A stretch of 64,000 bases of DNA, taken from the IMG/VR virus record IMGVR_UViG_3300025030_000074, positions 19,084 to 83,083 of that record. The stretch is one strand, 5' to 3'. Origin of the DNA: a virus. Both the position numbers and the translations under genes were made by a program. How positions within the stretch are numbered: the stretch's first letter is position 1; each line of letters opens with the position of its first letter. The notes under the pieces were generated by a model. It had not been told where the DNA came from. It saw nothing but the letters and a program-made list of their open reading frames with translations, and did not search any database. Shown one piece after another: positions 8,010 to 17,082 of the stretch.

Positions 8010-8606
8010 ATGAAAAACCCAATAAAGGTAAAAACCACAAAGATATACAAGAATAGTCAAGAACGACATACTGTATGTAAAGGAAAATTGGTATTAGTAG
8101 TAGTTAATGAACCTACGTTATTGCATATTGAAGCAGATGGATTGTTAATGTTTTATGATAATCCTTGTATTTATAGTAACTCAAAAAATATTAGTCCAAT
8201 AATCATCTCCAAAACAGAAGAAATTGAAATTGGAGATAATTATTTGGATAGGCTTAATACCATACAAATCTGCAGTAGTAAAAAAGAAAATATTTTATAT
8301 CCTGGAGTAGCTAACAGCATAGGATCCAAAAAAGGAATAGGATTCAATAAATTTTCACTTCAAGTATATCATAAAGACTTTTTAAAGCTTTCCGATTGTT
8401 TTAAAATCCTTGCTCTACCAGAAAACTTCTCTTCCAAAACATTGAAAGATATTGTAGATGGAAAACTGAAAGATGGAGACGATGTGTTTGTTGAGGTATG
8501 TAAAGGGATGAATTATTCTTATCCTAATCTAATTACGGGAATTAAAATTGATAAAAATAATCACATCAAACTATTTCCGCTTTCTATTCCTGATGACAAT
8601 CATTAA
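8010..8606 (+). CDS. Hypothetical protein
   Basis: 198-aa ORF behind an AATTACTAACTTAAAACC leader. Confidence 0.75.
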   Translation: MKNPIKVKTTKIYKNSQERHTVCKGKLVLVVVNEPTLLHIEADGLLMFYDNPCIYSNSKNISPIIISKTEEIEIGDNYLDRLNTIQICSSKKENILYPGVANSIGSKKGIGFNKFSLQVYHKDFLKLSDCFKILALPENFSSKTLKDIVDGKLKDGDDVFVEVCKGMNYSYPNLITGIKIDKNNHIKLFPLSIPDDNH

Positions 8607-8704
8607 AAACAGAATTTTCTCTAACTTTTACTAAAACAACATATTTTATTATTGAACACAATTATCTACGAATACTGAATTACTAACTTAAAACCATAAA
8701 AACC

Positions 8705-9061
8705 ATGAAAATAAACGGAAAAAACCCAGATACTACTTTTACCAGTTATAAAGAAATAGCTGTAAGATATTCTAGAGGTTTGTTCGGGTTAGGTAAATTA
8801 AAGGCTTCAGTAGTTGATAATTATAAACTTGAAATAGATATAGACAACAATACGGCAACTATTATTAAGGGAGACGCCACTGATTATGGCGCAAGCGCCT
8901 ATTCTATGTTTCAAGATGACTTTGATGATGTATATGAGTATGACTTAACTAACGAGAAAGATTTAGAAAAATTAACTCAATTCATAATTACAATTTTTGG
9001 TATTAACTCCAAAGAATATTTATATGTAATAACAAATACAAAAGCAAAATTACTAACTTAA
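8705..9061 (+). CDS. Hypothetical protein
   Basis: 118-aa ORF behind an AATTACTAACTTAAAACC leader. Confidence 0.7.
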   Translation: MKINGKNPDTTFTSYKEIAVRYSRGLFGLGKLKASVVDNYKLEIDIDNNTATIIKGDATDYGASAYSMFQDDFDDVYEYDLTNEKDLEKLTQFIITIFGINSKEYLYVITNTKAKLLT

Positions 9062-9201
9062 AATCTATAAAGCCATGGGAAAAATTGCAGATTCAATAAT
9101 TAGATGAAAAATCTTATTTCATCACTAAACGATAAAGATAATTTAACAGAACAAACTACCGAAAATGAAAGCGGGTATCGTATATCCCTTATTATAGGAA
9201 G

Positions 9202-9368
9202 TTTTTTGGGGGCATCAGAGACACAGCCGAAAGTAGGTGCTGTGTGCTATCGGTTGCAAACGGTAGCAACTTGCCAAAGGGCACAACATATCACAGCAGA
9301 AGCAAACCACCGCAAGGTGTTGGGTGAAAGTCCACTGTTGTTAAGGGTTGAGGGCTGCCCCCAAAAAA
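9202..9368 (+). ncRNA. Candidate multi-stem structured RNA
   Basis: GC-rich island closed by TTTTTTGGGGGCA/TGCCCCCAAAAAA; internal hairpins GCTATCG..GCAA..CGGTAGC, CACC-GCAA-GGTG, TGCC/GGCA, GGGTGAAAGTCC. Confidence 0.6.
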
Positions 9369-9466
9369 TTTACTATAAGAGGTTTTCTATTGAAGAGAAA
9401 TCTTCTATGAAGTAAAAAGGTTTCACCAGCAGGTTTATTTCTTAACTTTAACTAAATTAACTAACT

Positions 9467-9847
9467 ATGGGAACACTAATAACAATAACCGAAAACCTGG
9501 CTAGGACAGAGAAGTTATACTTCGTGAAAAAGATAATGACAATTGCTAGTTTAGTAAATGCTCCTCATCACAAAGAAGTTGAACTCTTTGACCGTCTATG
9601 GGATATAGATAATATAGAACAACTTAAAAAAACTTTGACCCTTTTCGAAAAGAACGTTTCTAATATGGAAACTGATAGAAAAGAAAAAGTTCAGCTTAAG
9701 ATGGAAAATCATCTCCGTAACTTACAAGCTAAAATACTCAATCTTAAAAGATGGAACGAAGATGTGGTTATGACAGAGATTTATGAAACTGAAAAGAACA
9801 TGTTGTTAGAAGATTTGAGAAAAATAACAGGTAAATACTACTATTAA
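9467..9847 (+). CDS. Hypothetical protein
   Basis: 126-aa ORF with an A/C-rich leader. Confidence 0.7.
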   Translation: MGTLITITENLARTEKLYFVKKIMTIASLVNAPHHKEVELFDRLWDIDNIEQLKKTLTLFEKNVSNMETDRKEKVQLKMENHLRNLQAKILNLKRWNEDVVMTEIYETEKNMLLEDLRKITGKYYY

Positions 9848-9848
9848 A

Positions 9849-10130
9849 ATGAAAACAGCAGAAAAAATATTAACAAAATATATTGGAGTTGATGATCCTA
9901 GTACATATTCAAAAGGAGATATTTTACTAGCCATGGAAGAATATGCTATAGAATATCATCGGTTAAAACTATGTGAAAATACAGAGAATTACACGGAAAA
10001 AGACCTGAAATATGCATACAACACGGGAACAAGAAATGGAATAATGCAAGAAGCTGGATTAGAAGCTGATTATGGTTTCCAAATGTATCTTCAACATCTT
10101 AAACAAGACAAAATAACCAATAAACCATAA
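9849..10130 (+). CDS. Hypothetical protein
   Basis: 93 aa; AMEEYA and YTEKDL..AY..G motifs. Confidence 0.7.
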   Translation: MKTAEKILTKYIGVDDPSTYSKGDILLAMEEYAIEYHRLKLCENTENYTEKDLKYAYNTGTRNGIMQEAGLEADYGFQMYLQHLKQDKITNKP

Positions 10131-10134
10131 CAAA

Positions 10135-10827
10135 ATGACAAAAACTCATAAAGCAATCAAAATAGATGATAACAAATATGTTATCGTTGATGAAGAATCA
10201 GAAATAAAAGAAAACCAATTAGGTATATTTAATCATCCTGAGCATGGCAATATAATTGGATTATGGTTAGGTAATGGATTTGATTATTCGTTGAATAGTT
10301 ATGCGGAAAATACATTTAATTTTATTCATACTAATCCAATTCCTAAAAAGGGTTTGATAATAGCCACTATAAATCATCCATTAAAAGGAATACCTGAAAT
10401 AGTTATTAAGAATGAAGTTAATTTATTCAAACTTCTTGAGAATATTGAATCTACTATTCATAAACAATTTGGATTCACATTACTTATTCAACTTCAATTT
10501 GAAAGATTGTATAAATATCAATTAGCACAAAAAAAGTATCAGTTTACAGAAGAAGATTTAAGGAAATCCTTTAAAGCTGGATTTGAAAGAGGATATGAAG
10601 CATCACCAATAGAACCTGATAAATATAAAAGTCCAAATATTGATGATTATTTAGAATTCCTTAAACAACCTAAAGAAATTGAAACTGTTGAGTTGGAATA
10701 TGAAGAGTTAGGTGGAGATAATAAAACTAACAGTTTTGGTAAAAAACAGATTTACTATCAACAACTAAAAATTTATGACAAAGAAAAAAATCAAATTATA
10801 CCAGTTAAAATTAACTATAAAACCTAA
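10135..10827 (+). CDS. Hypothetical protein
   Basis: 230 aa; FTEEDL..F..G...YLEFLKQPK motif shared with the upstream ORF. Confidence 0.75.
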   Translation: MTKTHKAIKIDDNKYVIVDEESEIKENQLGIFNHPEHGNIIGLWLGNGFDYSLNSYAENTFNFIHTNPIPKKGLIIATINHPLKGIPEIVIKNEVNLFKLLENIESTIHKQFGFTLLIQLQFERLYKYQLAQKKYQFTEEDLRKSFKAGFERGYEASPIEPDKYKSPNIDDYLEFLKQPKEIETVELEYEELGGDNKTNSFGKKQIYYQQLKIYDKEKNQIIPVKINYKT

Positions 10828-10876
10828 AATAAAATGAAAACAGCAGAAAAAATATTAACAAAATATATATGAAAAA

Positions 10877-11029
10877 ATGAAAAAAAACTGCGAATTTTGC
10901 GGAAAAATAGTAGAAGACAGCGATTCTGATAGTTCTAATAAGGTCTTCTGTTCCAGTAAATGTGAGATAGAAGCTGAAAAAACTTTCTCTTTTGTTGAAG
11001 AAGATGATGATACTTTTCTATTTATATGA
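10877..11029 (+). CDS. 50-aa FCS-type zinc-finger protein with acidic tail (not in ORF track)
   Basis: MKKNCEFCGK...VFCSSKC...EEDDDTFLFI; ATGA overlap with the next small ORF at 11026. Confidence 0.65.
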   Translation: MKKNCEFCGKIVEDSDSDSSNKVFCSSKCEIEAEKTFSFVEEDDDTFLFI

Positions 11030-11180
11030 CCCTATTAGAATTACTATTCCCCAAAGCAGCAAAGGCTGCAAGAGAAAAAGCCTTCAAAGCTGGTCATCTT
11101 GTTCCTATCTCTCATAAAGGAAAACTATACTTTGTTAAATCAGAAAAGGAATTTATTAAAATAATTAAAACATAAAACTT

Positions 11181-11387
11181 ATGAAACAAAAATCAATAGA
11201 TTCTATATTAAAAAGATATGTTGACAATTCTGAATATGCCGAGAAAGTTAACAAATATATTTCTGAACGTGAAAGTAAGGAACCATATACTGTGGACTTC
11301 GTCCAAAGTATTCTTAAATCTATGTCCTGGAAACAATTAAGTTTTCTTAACTTTGATATTATGCCAAAATATGAACAACTATCTTAG
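11181..11387 (+). CDS. Hypothetical protein
   Basis: 68-aa ORF. Confidence 0.6.
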   Translation: MKQKSIDSILKRYVDNSEYAEKVNKYISERESKEPYTVDFVQSILKSMSWKQLSFLNFDIMPKYEQLS

Positions 11388-11507
11388 CCATCAAAACAAT
11401 CATAATAATAACAACAGAGAAGCTATTATAATTGCAGCTGCAATAGTAATTTCCTTCTTGTTGTTCACTTTTTACAAGTTAATGGAGGCTATTTTAAAAT
11501 AAAGATT

Positions 11508-11729
11508 ATGACAAACAACAAATTAAGATTAACTTCTATAACTTTTAACCGCGATCTTGAAGGAAAACGTCCATTCCAAGGATACCTATCCTTTTTTGAT
11601 AAAAACTTTCATACAATAAATTTAGATATGAACGATAAAACAACAAAAGAATCTGTAAAGAGGCTAAAAGTTATAGCAAGAAGAGAAGTAAAGAAGTTTG
11701 CAGCTTCTTTAAAAAGAGCTTTAAAATAA
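11508..11729 (+). CDS. Hypothetical protein
   Basis: 73-aa ORF. Confidence 0.6.
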   Translation: MTNNKLRLTSITFNRDLEGKRPFQGYLSFFDKNFHTINLDMNDKTTKESVKRLKVIARREVKKFAASLKRALK

Positions 11730-11762
11730 ATTAATTTAATTAACTAAAAACTAAAAGATGTT

Positions 11763-11960
11763 ATGAAAACACAAGTATTTTGCCAAAAGAATCTTCCTAT
11801 ATCAAAAATAGGAGAAAGAGTAGAAAAAATAAAATTAAGAATGATGGGATCAGAGAGTTTTTGGGATAAAGGAAGAAAGGAATTAGGTGATTGCGGAAAT
11901 CCTGTAATCTTAGTATTTGCAGAACAAGATAAATCTTCCAAAACAGTATTATTTATTTAA
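11763..11960 (+). CDS. Hypothetical protein
   Basis: 65-aa ORF with an A-rich leader. Confidence 0.6.
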   Translation: MKTQVFCQKNLPISKIGERVEKIKLRMMGSESFWDKGRKELGDCGNPVILVFAEQDKSSKTVLFI

Positions 11961-11995
11961 AATTAACTAAATTATTAACTAAAACTCATAAAACT

Positions 11996-12289
11996 ATGAC
12001 AAACTACAAACCAATAACAGATAACGAGTTTGAACTTATTCACAAAGCAATTCACAATTTAGAAGTTGGAAAAACTATTCTTATAGGAGAAAAAGAGTAT
12101 CCTATTGGAAAATCAAACAATGGATGCAAATATATCCAATGCAGAGGAATTAGATTTATGGAACAAAATAAAGATAAAACCTCTGAGTATGCTAAAAGGG
12201 CAAGGGAAGGAGAAAAGATAACCTGGGGAATACGAAGTGCTAAACCTTGGATGTTATTTGACGGAAATAAACTAAAAAGAAGTTATTAA
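11996..12289 (+). CDS. Conserved phage hypothetical protein
   Basis: FMEQN....S.YA..A..G..ITW motif. Confidence 0.65.
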   Translation: MTNYKPITDNEFELIHKAIHNLEVGKTILIGEKEYPIGKSNNGCKYIQCRGIRFMEQNKDKTSEYAKRAREGEKITWGIRSAKPWMLFDGNKLKRSY

Positions 12290-12304
12290 CCAAAAACTAT
12301 TACT

Positions 12305-13708
12305 ATGGAAACCAAAAAAATAGACTCTTTAACAAAAGAACAAGTTTCAAAGTTAGAGATTTATAAAAATAAGTTTTTAGATAAATTCTTTAATCCTAAA
12401 AAAGAAGCTTCTTTCAAAGAGGTTAAAGAATACGTATATTGGTTATATAAGTTTTGCAATTTAGAAAAACCTATTACCATTCTTGTCAATTCTCCTTATG
12501 AATGCGTAATTGCTTATCAATATTGTAAAATGTTATTTCCCATTTTATACAAAAACATTACTCAAATAAATAGCCAAATGGAGAACCAAGTGTGGGACCA
12601 AGTGGGGGACCAAGTGAGAAACCAAGTGTGGAACCAAGTGGGGAACCAAGTGAGAAACCAAGTGTGGAACCAAGTAGGGGACCAAGTGAGGAACCAAGTG
12701 AGAAACCAAGTGAGAAACCAAGTGAGAAACCAAGTGTGGAACCAAGTGGGGAACCAAGTGTGGAACCAAGTAGGGGACCAAGTGAGGAACCAAGTGAGAA
12801 ACCAAGTGTGGAACCAAGTAGGGAACCAAGTGTGGAACCAAGTGGGGGACCAAGTGTGGAACCAAGTGGGGGACCAAGTGAGTGACCAAGTGATGAACCA
12901 AGTGATGAACCAAGTAGGGAACCAAGTGTGGAACCAAGTGGGGGACCAAGTGTGGAACCAAGTGAGTGACCAAGTGAGGAACCAAGTGGAAAAAGAAGTA
13001 AAAGTAAGTTATATAGATCCCAGTTACTCTTTGTCTGCTTTTAATAGTTGGATATCTTTCTATGATTTCTTTGATAAAGAGTTAAATATCTATAAGGAAT
13101 CTACAAAAAAAATATTTAATGAGTATTCTAAAATATTAGATTTGAATATTTTTTGGGGACTTACTTTTAGTACCCTTTGCATAGTTTCTAAAAATGCAAC
13201 AACTATTCACAGAAATGCTAATTTCCAATTACATTCATCTAAAGGTCCTGCCATTATATTTCCAAAAGGAGAGTCAGGATATTCCTATAAGATGTATTTT
13301 ATAAATGGAAGATCAATTCCCAGAGAAATTGCAGAAATTTCGTTAAATAATGAACTAACAAAAGAAGTTTTCATTAACGAAAAAAATGATGAATATAAAA
13401 GTGCCTGGTATGCATATAGTGGAGAAGAAAAAATGTTGAAAATACTTGAAGCTATAGAAATAGACCGTTTTACAGTTACACACAACAACGAGGAAGAAGA
13501 AACAATAACTCTTTTTAAAACTAAAGAAAACCTGAATAAAGTAGAAAATAAACCTTATGCATGGTTAAAAAGAATTTGTCCTTCTACTGGAACTGTCTAT
13601 CTTACTTCTACTAATCCGGATTTTGATAAGGCGGAAGCTGCTGCCCGGTTTCATCGTCCAGATTTTGTTCCAACTACTGTAGGATATAGATGGTATAGTC
13701 GTTCTTAA
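12305..13708 (+). CDS. DUF6745-like protein with (N/D)QVx tetrapeptide repeats
   Basis: N-terminal LT.EQ..L...SP; ~34 repeats; C-terminal LH...GPAI.F...NG and CPSTG.VY. Confidence 0.75.
   Translation: METKKIDSLTKEQVSKLEIYKNKFLDKFFNPKKEASFKEVKEYVYWLYKFCNLEKPITILVNSPYECVIAYQYCKMLFPILYKNITQINSQMENQVWDQVGDQVRNQVWNQVGNQVRNQVWNQVGDQVRNQVRNQVRNQVRNQVWNQVGNQVWNQVGDQVRNQVRNQVWNQVGNQVWNQVGDQVWNQVGDQVSDQVMNQVMNQVGNQVWNQVGDQVWNQVSDQVRNQVEKEVKVSYIDPSYSLSAFNSWISFYDFFDKELNIYKESTKKIFNEYSKILDLNIFWGLTFSTLCIVSKNATTIHRNANFQLHSSKGPAIIFPKGESGYSYKMYFINGRSIPREIAEISLNNELTKEVFINEKNDEYKSAWYAYSGEEKMLKILEAIEIDRFTVTHNNEEEETITLFKTKENLNKVENKPYAWLKRICPSTGTVYLTSTNPDFDKAEAAARFHRPDFVPTTVGYRWYSRS
12584..12988 (+). repeat. Tandem 12-bp coding repeat (RACCAAGTRnnn), ~34 units
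   Basis: Directly visible; the variable codon encodes W/G/R/S/M. Confidence 0.95.
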
Positions 13709-13743
13709 TTAACTAATTTATTAACAATTAAAAATAAAAAACT

Positions 13744-14130
13744 ATGAAATTTACAAATGTTAACATAATGGGAGGAGATGTACAATGCTATGGTATTGAA
13801 TCCTTACCTGAAAATCTTAAAAAGGTAACCAATATAAAAGAAAAGATAATTGCCAGAGGAGAAATATCTGGACATTGTCACATCTTAACGGGAGATGTAG
13901 AGCTCTTTAAAGATGAAAAAGGAAATCTATTTGCTTGTGTAGGTTCTGATGGGGCATACCATCAGCATTACAAAGAATCCATGGTTAAAGAAGAAACCTT
14001 TAATGAACTGAAAAACATATCTAATTGCGATCATACTAAGGAATGCAAATTACCAAAAGGTAATTATTCCATAGGGATAGACCGTCAATACGATCCTAAT
14101 GCTAAAAGTTGGATCAAGAATGTGGATTAA
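13744..14130 (+). CDS. His-rich cupin-like partner of the DUF6745-like gene
   Basis: GGDV...GEISGHCH...H...DH....LPKG.Y.....RQYDP. Confidence 0.65.
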   Translation: MKFTNVNIMGGDVQCYGIESLPENLKKVTNIKEKIIARGEISGHCHILTGDVELFKDEKGNLFACVGSDGAYHQHYKESMVKEETFNELKNISNCDHTKECKLPKGNYSIGIDRQYDPNAKSWIKNVD

Positions 14131-14161
14131 ACTATAAATTCTTTAACTTAATCTAAAAACT

Positions 14162-14362
14162 ATGACAAATAACCAAACAAAGGATATTCAAAATATAGTA
14201 AGAAATTTATTAGACTTTTCAGAAAGGTTAAGGTATCTTCATAACGAAGATACGGAATATAGTCCTACAAGGAATAATATTCCGAATTCTATAGTTTTTA
14301 TAGAACGTGCTGCAGATGAACTTAAAGAAATAACAAAAGAAGAATTTTTGAAAGCAGTATGA
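14162..14362 (+). CDS. Hypothetical protein
   Basis: 66-aa ORF with ATGA overlap. Confidence 0.6.
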   Translation: MTNNQTKDIQNIVRNLLDFSERLRYLHNEDTEYSPTRNNIPNSIVFIERAADELKEITKEEFLKAV

Positions 14363-16055
14363 CGAATAAACTATTAGTAATAGGAGATATCCATGGAAGA
14401 GAACTTTGGAAAAATATAGTAACCTCCCATAGAGATGCCGATATGGTTATTTTTATGGGAGACTACTTTGATTCTTTTCATGTGGATCCTTCTGTACAAA
14501 TTCAGAACTTTAAAGCTATAATTGAATATAAGAAATTAAATGAAGACAAAGTTGTGTTGTTACTAGGAAATCATGTAACATAATAGTTTCGAATATAATA
14601 AAATGAAATATAATACAAACGATAAATACTTTGAACAAATTGACTCTGAAGATAAAGCGTATTTTTTAGGCCTTCTTTTTGCAGACGGTTACAATTTTAT
14701 AGGAAAAAGCTATATGGTAACCTTACAACTTTGTATTGGTGATATAGATATATTAAAGCAATTTCGAAGTTATATAGGAGATTGCACTATATATATCTAT
14801 AAAAATAAAAACAAAAATCATCAAGATATTGCAAGATTACAAATAAACAGTAAAAAAATAAGTACAGATCTTCATAATATTGGATGTGTTCAAGGAAAAA
14901 GCCTTATACTAGAATTTCCAGATAGTGTTTTAATAGAACCTTTTATGAATCATTTTATAAGAGGATACTTTGATGGAAATGGATGTGTTTGGGAAGGAAA
15001 AAGAGGAAAAGTTTTATGTAAAGATATTTCTCGTAAAGAAGGAGAAAGAATTAGAATAGTTCATAATGTAAAATTTAATATAGTAGGAGCAACAAATTTT
15101 ATTAAAGGAATACAAAATATTCTAGTATCAGAATTAGGATTTGGACAAACTATTCTTAATAATGGTAAAAAAATAAGAGGATATTCCCAACTTGAGTATT
15201 CCGGTAGACTACAAATGAAAAAATTCTATGATTATCTTTATAATAATGCAACTCTTTACCTAGAAAGAAAGAAGAGAAAATTTGAAACTATTATACGTGC
15301 TAATATACAGTGATGTATATTTGAAACAAGGTTAACTGCTGGAAACTCTTACCTGTAAAAAATATAATTTGCAAAAGACAATCAGCAACCAAACTTCAAT
15401 TAAAATTGAAGGAGGCTCATCGACTATTCCTGAAATGGAAGTAGGTTCAAGCGAACCGAAATGCCTTGCTCTTGCTAATGCAAGATGAAGATATAGTCAG
15501 TTCTCATATGAAAATATGAGCCATAAGGTCAAAAATTAGCGATTTTTGATAAACACAAAGGATTTACATTACCTTCTTGAAGAGGAAAAGTATTCCGGAT
15601 ATCAAACTTTATATGCGAGTTATTACAAATCTCTATTTAGAAAATACATAGAAGAAAAACTTTTTAAAATATGTTTTGAGCATGAAAAGTACTTGTTCTC
15701 GCATGCGGGATTTACTAAGACCTGGTGTAAAAATAATAAAATAAATGGTCAAATAACATCCTTTTGCGAAGATGTTAACAAATTTTTATATGAAGATATA
15801 AACATATTTAGATTCACTCCTGGTAAAAAAGATGAATGTCATGGAGATGAAATCTGTCAAGGTCCCATGTGGGTAAGACCAAAAAGTTTAAAAGAAGATG
15901 GAATTGCAGGTTATACTCAGGTAGTAGGACATACTATGCAAAAAGAATTAAGCATAACAGATTCCAAATTCATATTTGTAGATACTCTAGAAACTTCAAA
16001 AGAATTCCTTTTAATACATAAACATGGTATGAGTGTAGCAAAAGTTAATTTATAA
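14359..16055 (+). CDS. Calcineurin-like metallophosphoesterase, spliced: join(14359..14574,15561..16055), 236 aa
   Basis: Exon 1 carries GDIHG, GDYFD, LGNH; exon 2 carries DLHY, SHAG, VVGHT; splicing restores GNHD in frame. Confidence 0.9.
14575..15560 (+). mobile_element. Group I intron (IA2-like), 986 nt
   Basis: Exon ends in U and intron ends in G; P AACTGCTGGAAA 15334, Q AATCAGCAACC 15380, R GCTCATCGACTA 15415, S AAGATATAGTC 15488; P3 CAAGG/CCTTG; P7.1/P7.2, P8 and P9 hairpins. Confidence 0.93.
14603..15313 (+). CDS. Intron-encoded LAGLIDADG homing endonuclease
   Basis: Two motifs, YFLGLLFADG and FIRGYFDGNG; ends LERK. Confidence 0.92.
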   Translation: MKYNTNDKYFEQIDSEDKAYFLGLLFADGYNFIGKSYMVTLQLCIGDIDILKQFRSYIGDCTIYIYKNKNKNHQDIARLQINSKKISTDLHNIGCVQGKSLILEFPDSVLIEPFMNHFIRGYFDGNGCVWEGKRGKVLCKDISRKEGERIRIVHNVKFNIVGATNFIKGIQNILVSELGFGQTILNNGKKIRGYSQLEYSGRLQMKKFYDYLYNNATLYLERKKRKFETIIRANIQ

Positions 16056-16071
16056 TCTAAAATAATAAACT

Positions 16072-16359
16072 ATGAAAAATATGAAATTTTATACGAAAAG
16101 AGGATCAATAACTTTTACAAACAGTGCTCAAGGTGCACCAAAACGTGATATAGAAAAAGCCTTATCCTGTATGAAAGAATACATAAATGATTTCTACAAG
16201 GAAAAGAGAAGAAAAATCAATATAACCCTTACCAGCTATTACAGAGGAGAGTTTCCAATGTTTTACTATGAGGCAGATTTATCCCTAAAAAAGTGTTGGC
16301 CCTTTGGATGTGCGGGTCACCTATACACAGAAAAGATGCCTGAAAAAGATTCTGACTAA
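16072..16359 (+). CDS. Hypothetical protein
   Basis: 95-aa ORF. Confidence 0.65.
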   Translation: MKNMKFYTKRGSITFTNSAQGAPKRDIEKALSCMKEYINDFYKEKRRKINITLTSYYRGEFPMFYYEADLSLKKCWPFGCAGHLYTEKMPEKDSD

Positions 16360-16509
16360 TGTAGCCGTTTAACATATAAATCTTCAATTTATTAGATACT
16401 AAATTTTAAATACCAACTTACCAAATTCCAAATCCCAAAACCCAAAACGCCAATAAGCGTAAAGGAACTAACTTTTACGTAATTATTAACCCTTAAAAAC
16501 ACAAAAAAG

Positions 16510-16695
16510 ATGAACAAAAACTTCAGATTTTACGTGTCAGGTATAGCGACAGCCATCATCACCAGAACATGGGATGAGAAAGAAAACAGGCCATCGTTAA
16601 CACCTGAAGAGGTATCAGAACTCACACTTGAGTATGCTACCCAGTTGGCAGACACTGTTGATGCCCATACAACCGAAGAGGTTGTAGCGGACTAA
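16510..16695 (+). CDS. Small acidic hypothetical protein
   Basis: 61-aa ORF after a CCAAA-rich leader. Confidence 0.6.
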   Translation: MNKNFRFYVSGIATAIITRTWDEKENRPSLTPEEVSELTLEYATQLADTVDAHTTEEVVAD

Positions 16696-16875
16696 TACCT
16701 TTTCTGTAAATAAACCCTACTCGTGAAAGGATACACCGGGTAGATAACTGAAAGAGGTCTGGCATTGGTAAAGTTAGTTTATGATTCATAATATTTCCTG
16801 AATCAACTCTTTCAGTTTTTATTTTCTTTAGCAAAGATAATAGCAAGATTAACCAAAACATATACTAGCAAAACA

Positions 16876-17082
16876 ATGATTCGAGATACAAGATGTGTTC
16901 TAGGCACATTCCAGAATCCTTTTCCCAAAAACTACCCATTATCCAAAATAATAAGAAAAGGAGAAAAAGATAGGAAAAAAAGTGTTATAAAAGAATTTAG
17001 AAACAAAATGTCAAAAAGTTTTCCCGGATATGAAAAGAAACATCATGACTTTTTCAAAAAATATGCCTCAAATAAACATTAG
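16876..17082 (+). CDS. Small basic hypothetical protein
   Basis: 68-aa ORF. Confidence 0.55.
   Translation: MIRDTRCVLGTFQNPFPKNYPLSKIIRKGEKDRKKSVIKEFRNKMSKSFPGYEKKHHDFFKKYASNKH

Larger units (their letters stand above)
9845..10868 (+). repeat. 39-bp perfect direct repeat flanking two genes
   Basis: TAAAATGAAAACAGCAGAAAAAATATTAACAAAATATAT at 9845-9883 and 10830-10868. Confidence 0.9.

Noticed and set aside
9104-9415. 103-aa ORF
   Set aside because: Runs through the GC-rich structured element and has atypical composition; better explained as ncRNA, though not excluded
12545-12985. Alternative ORFs 12545-12985(-) and 12592-12885(+)
   Set aside because: By-products of the stop-free repeat
12584-12988. 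CRISPR array or DGR variable region
   Set aside because: Contiguous 12-bp in-frame coding repeats without spacers; no cas or reverse transcriptase gene in the window and no template repeat
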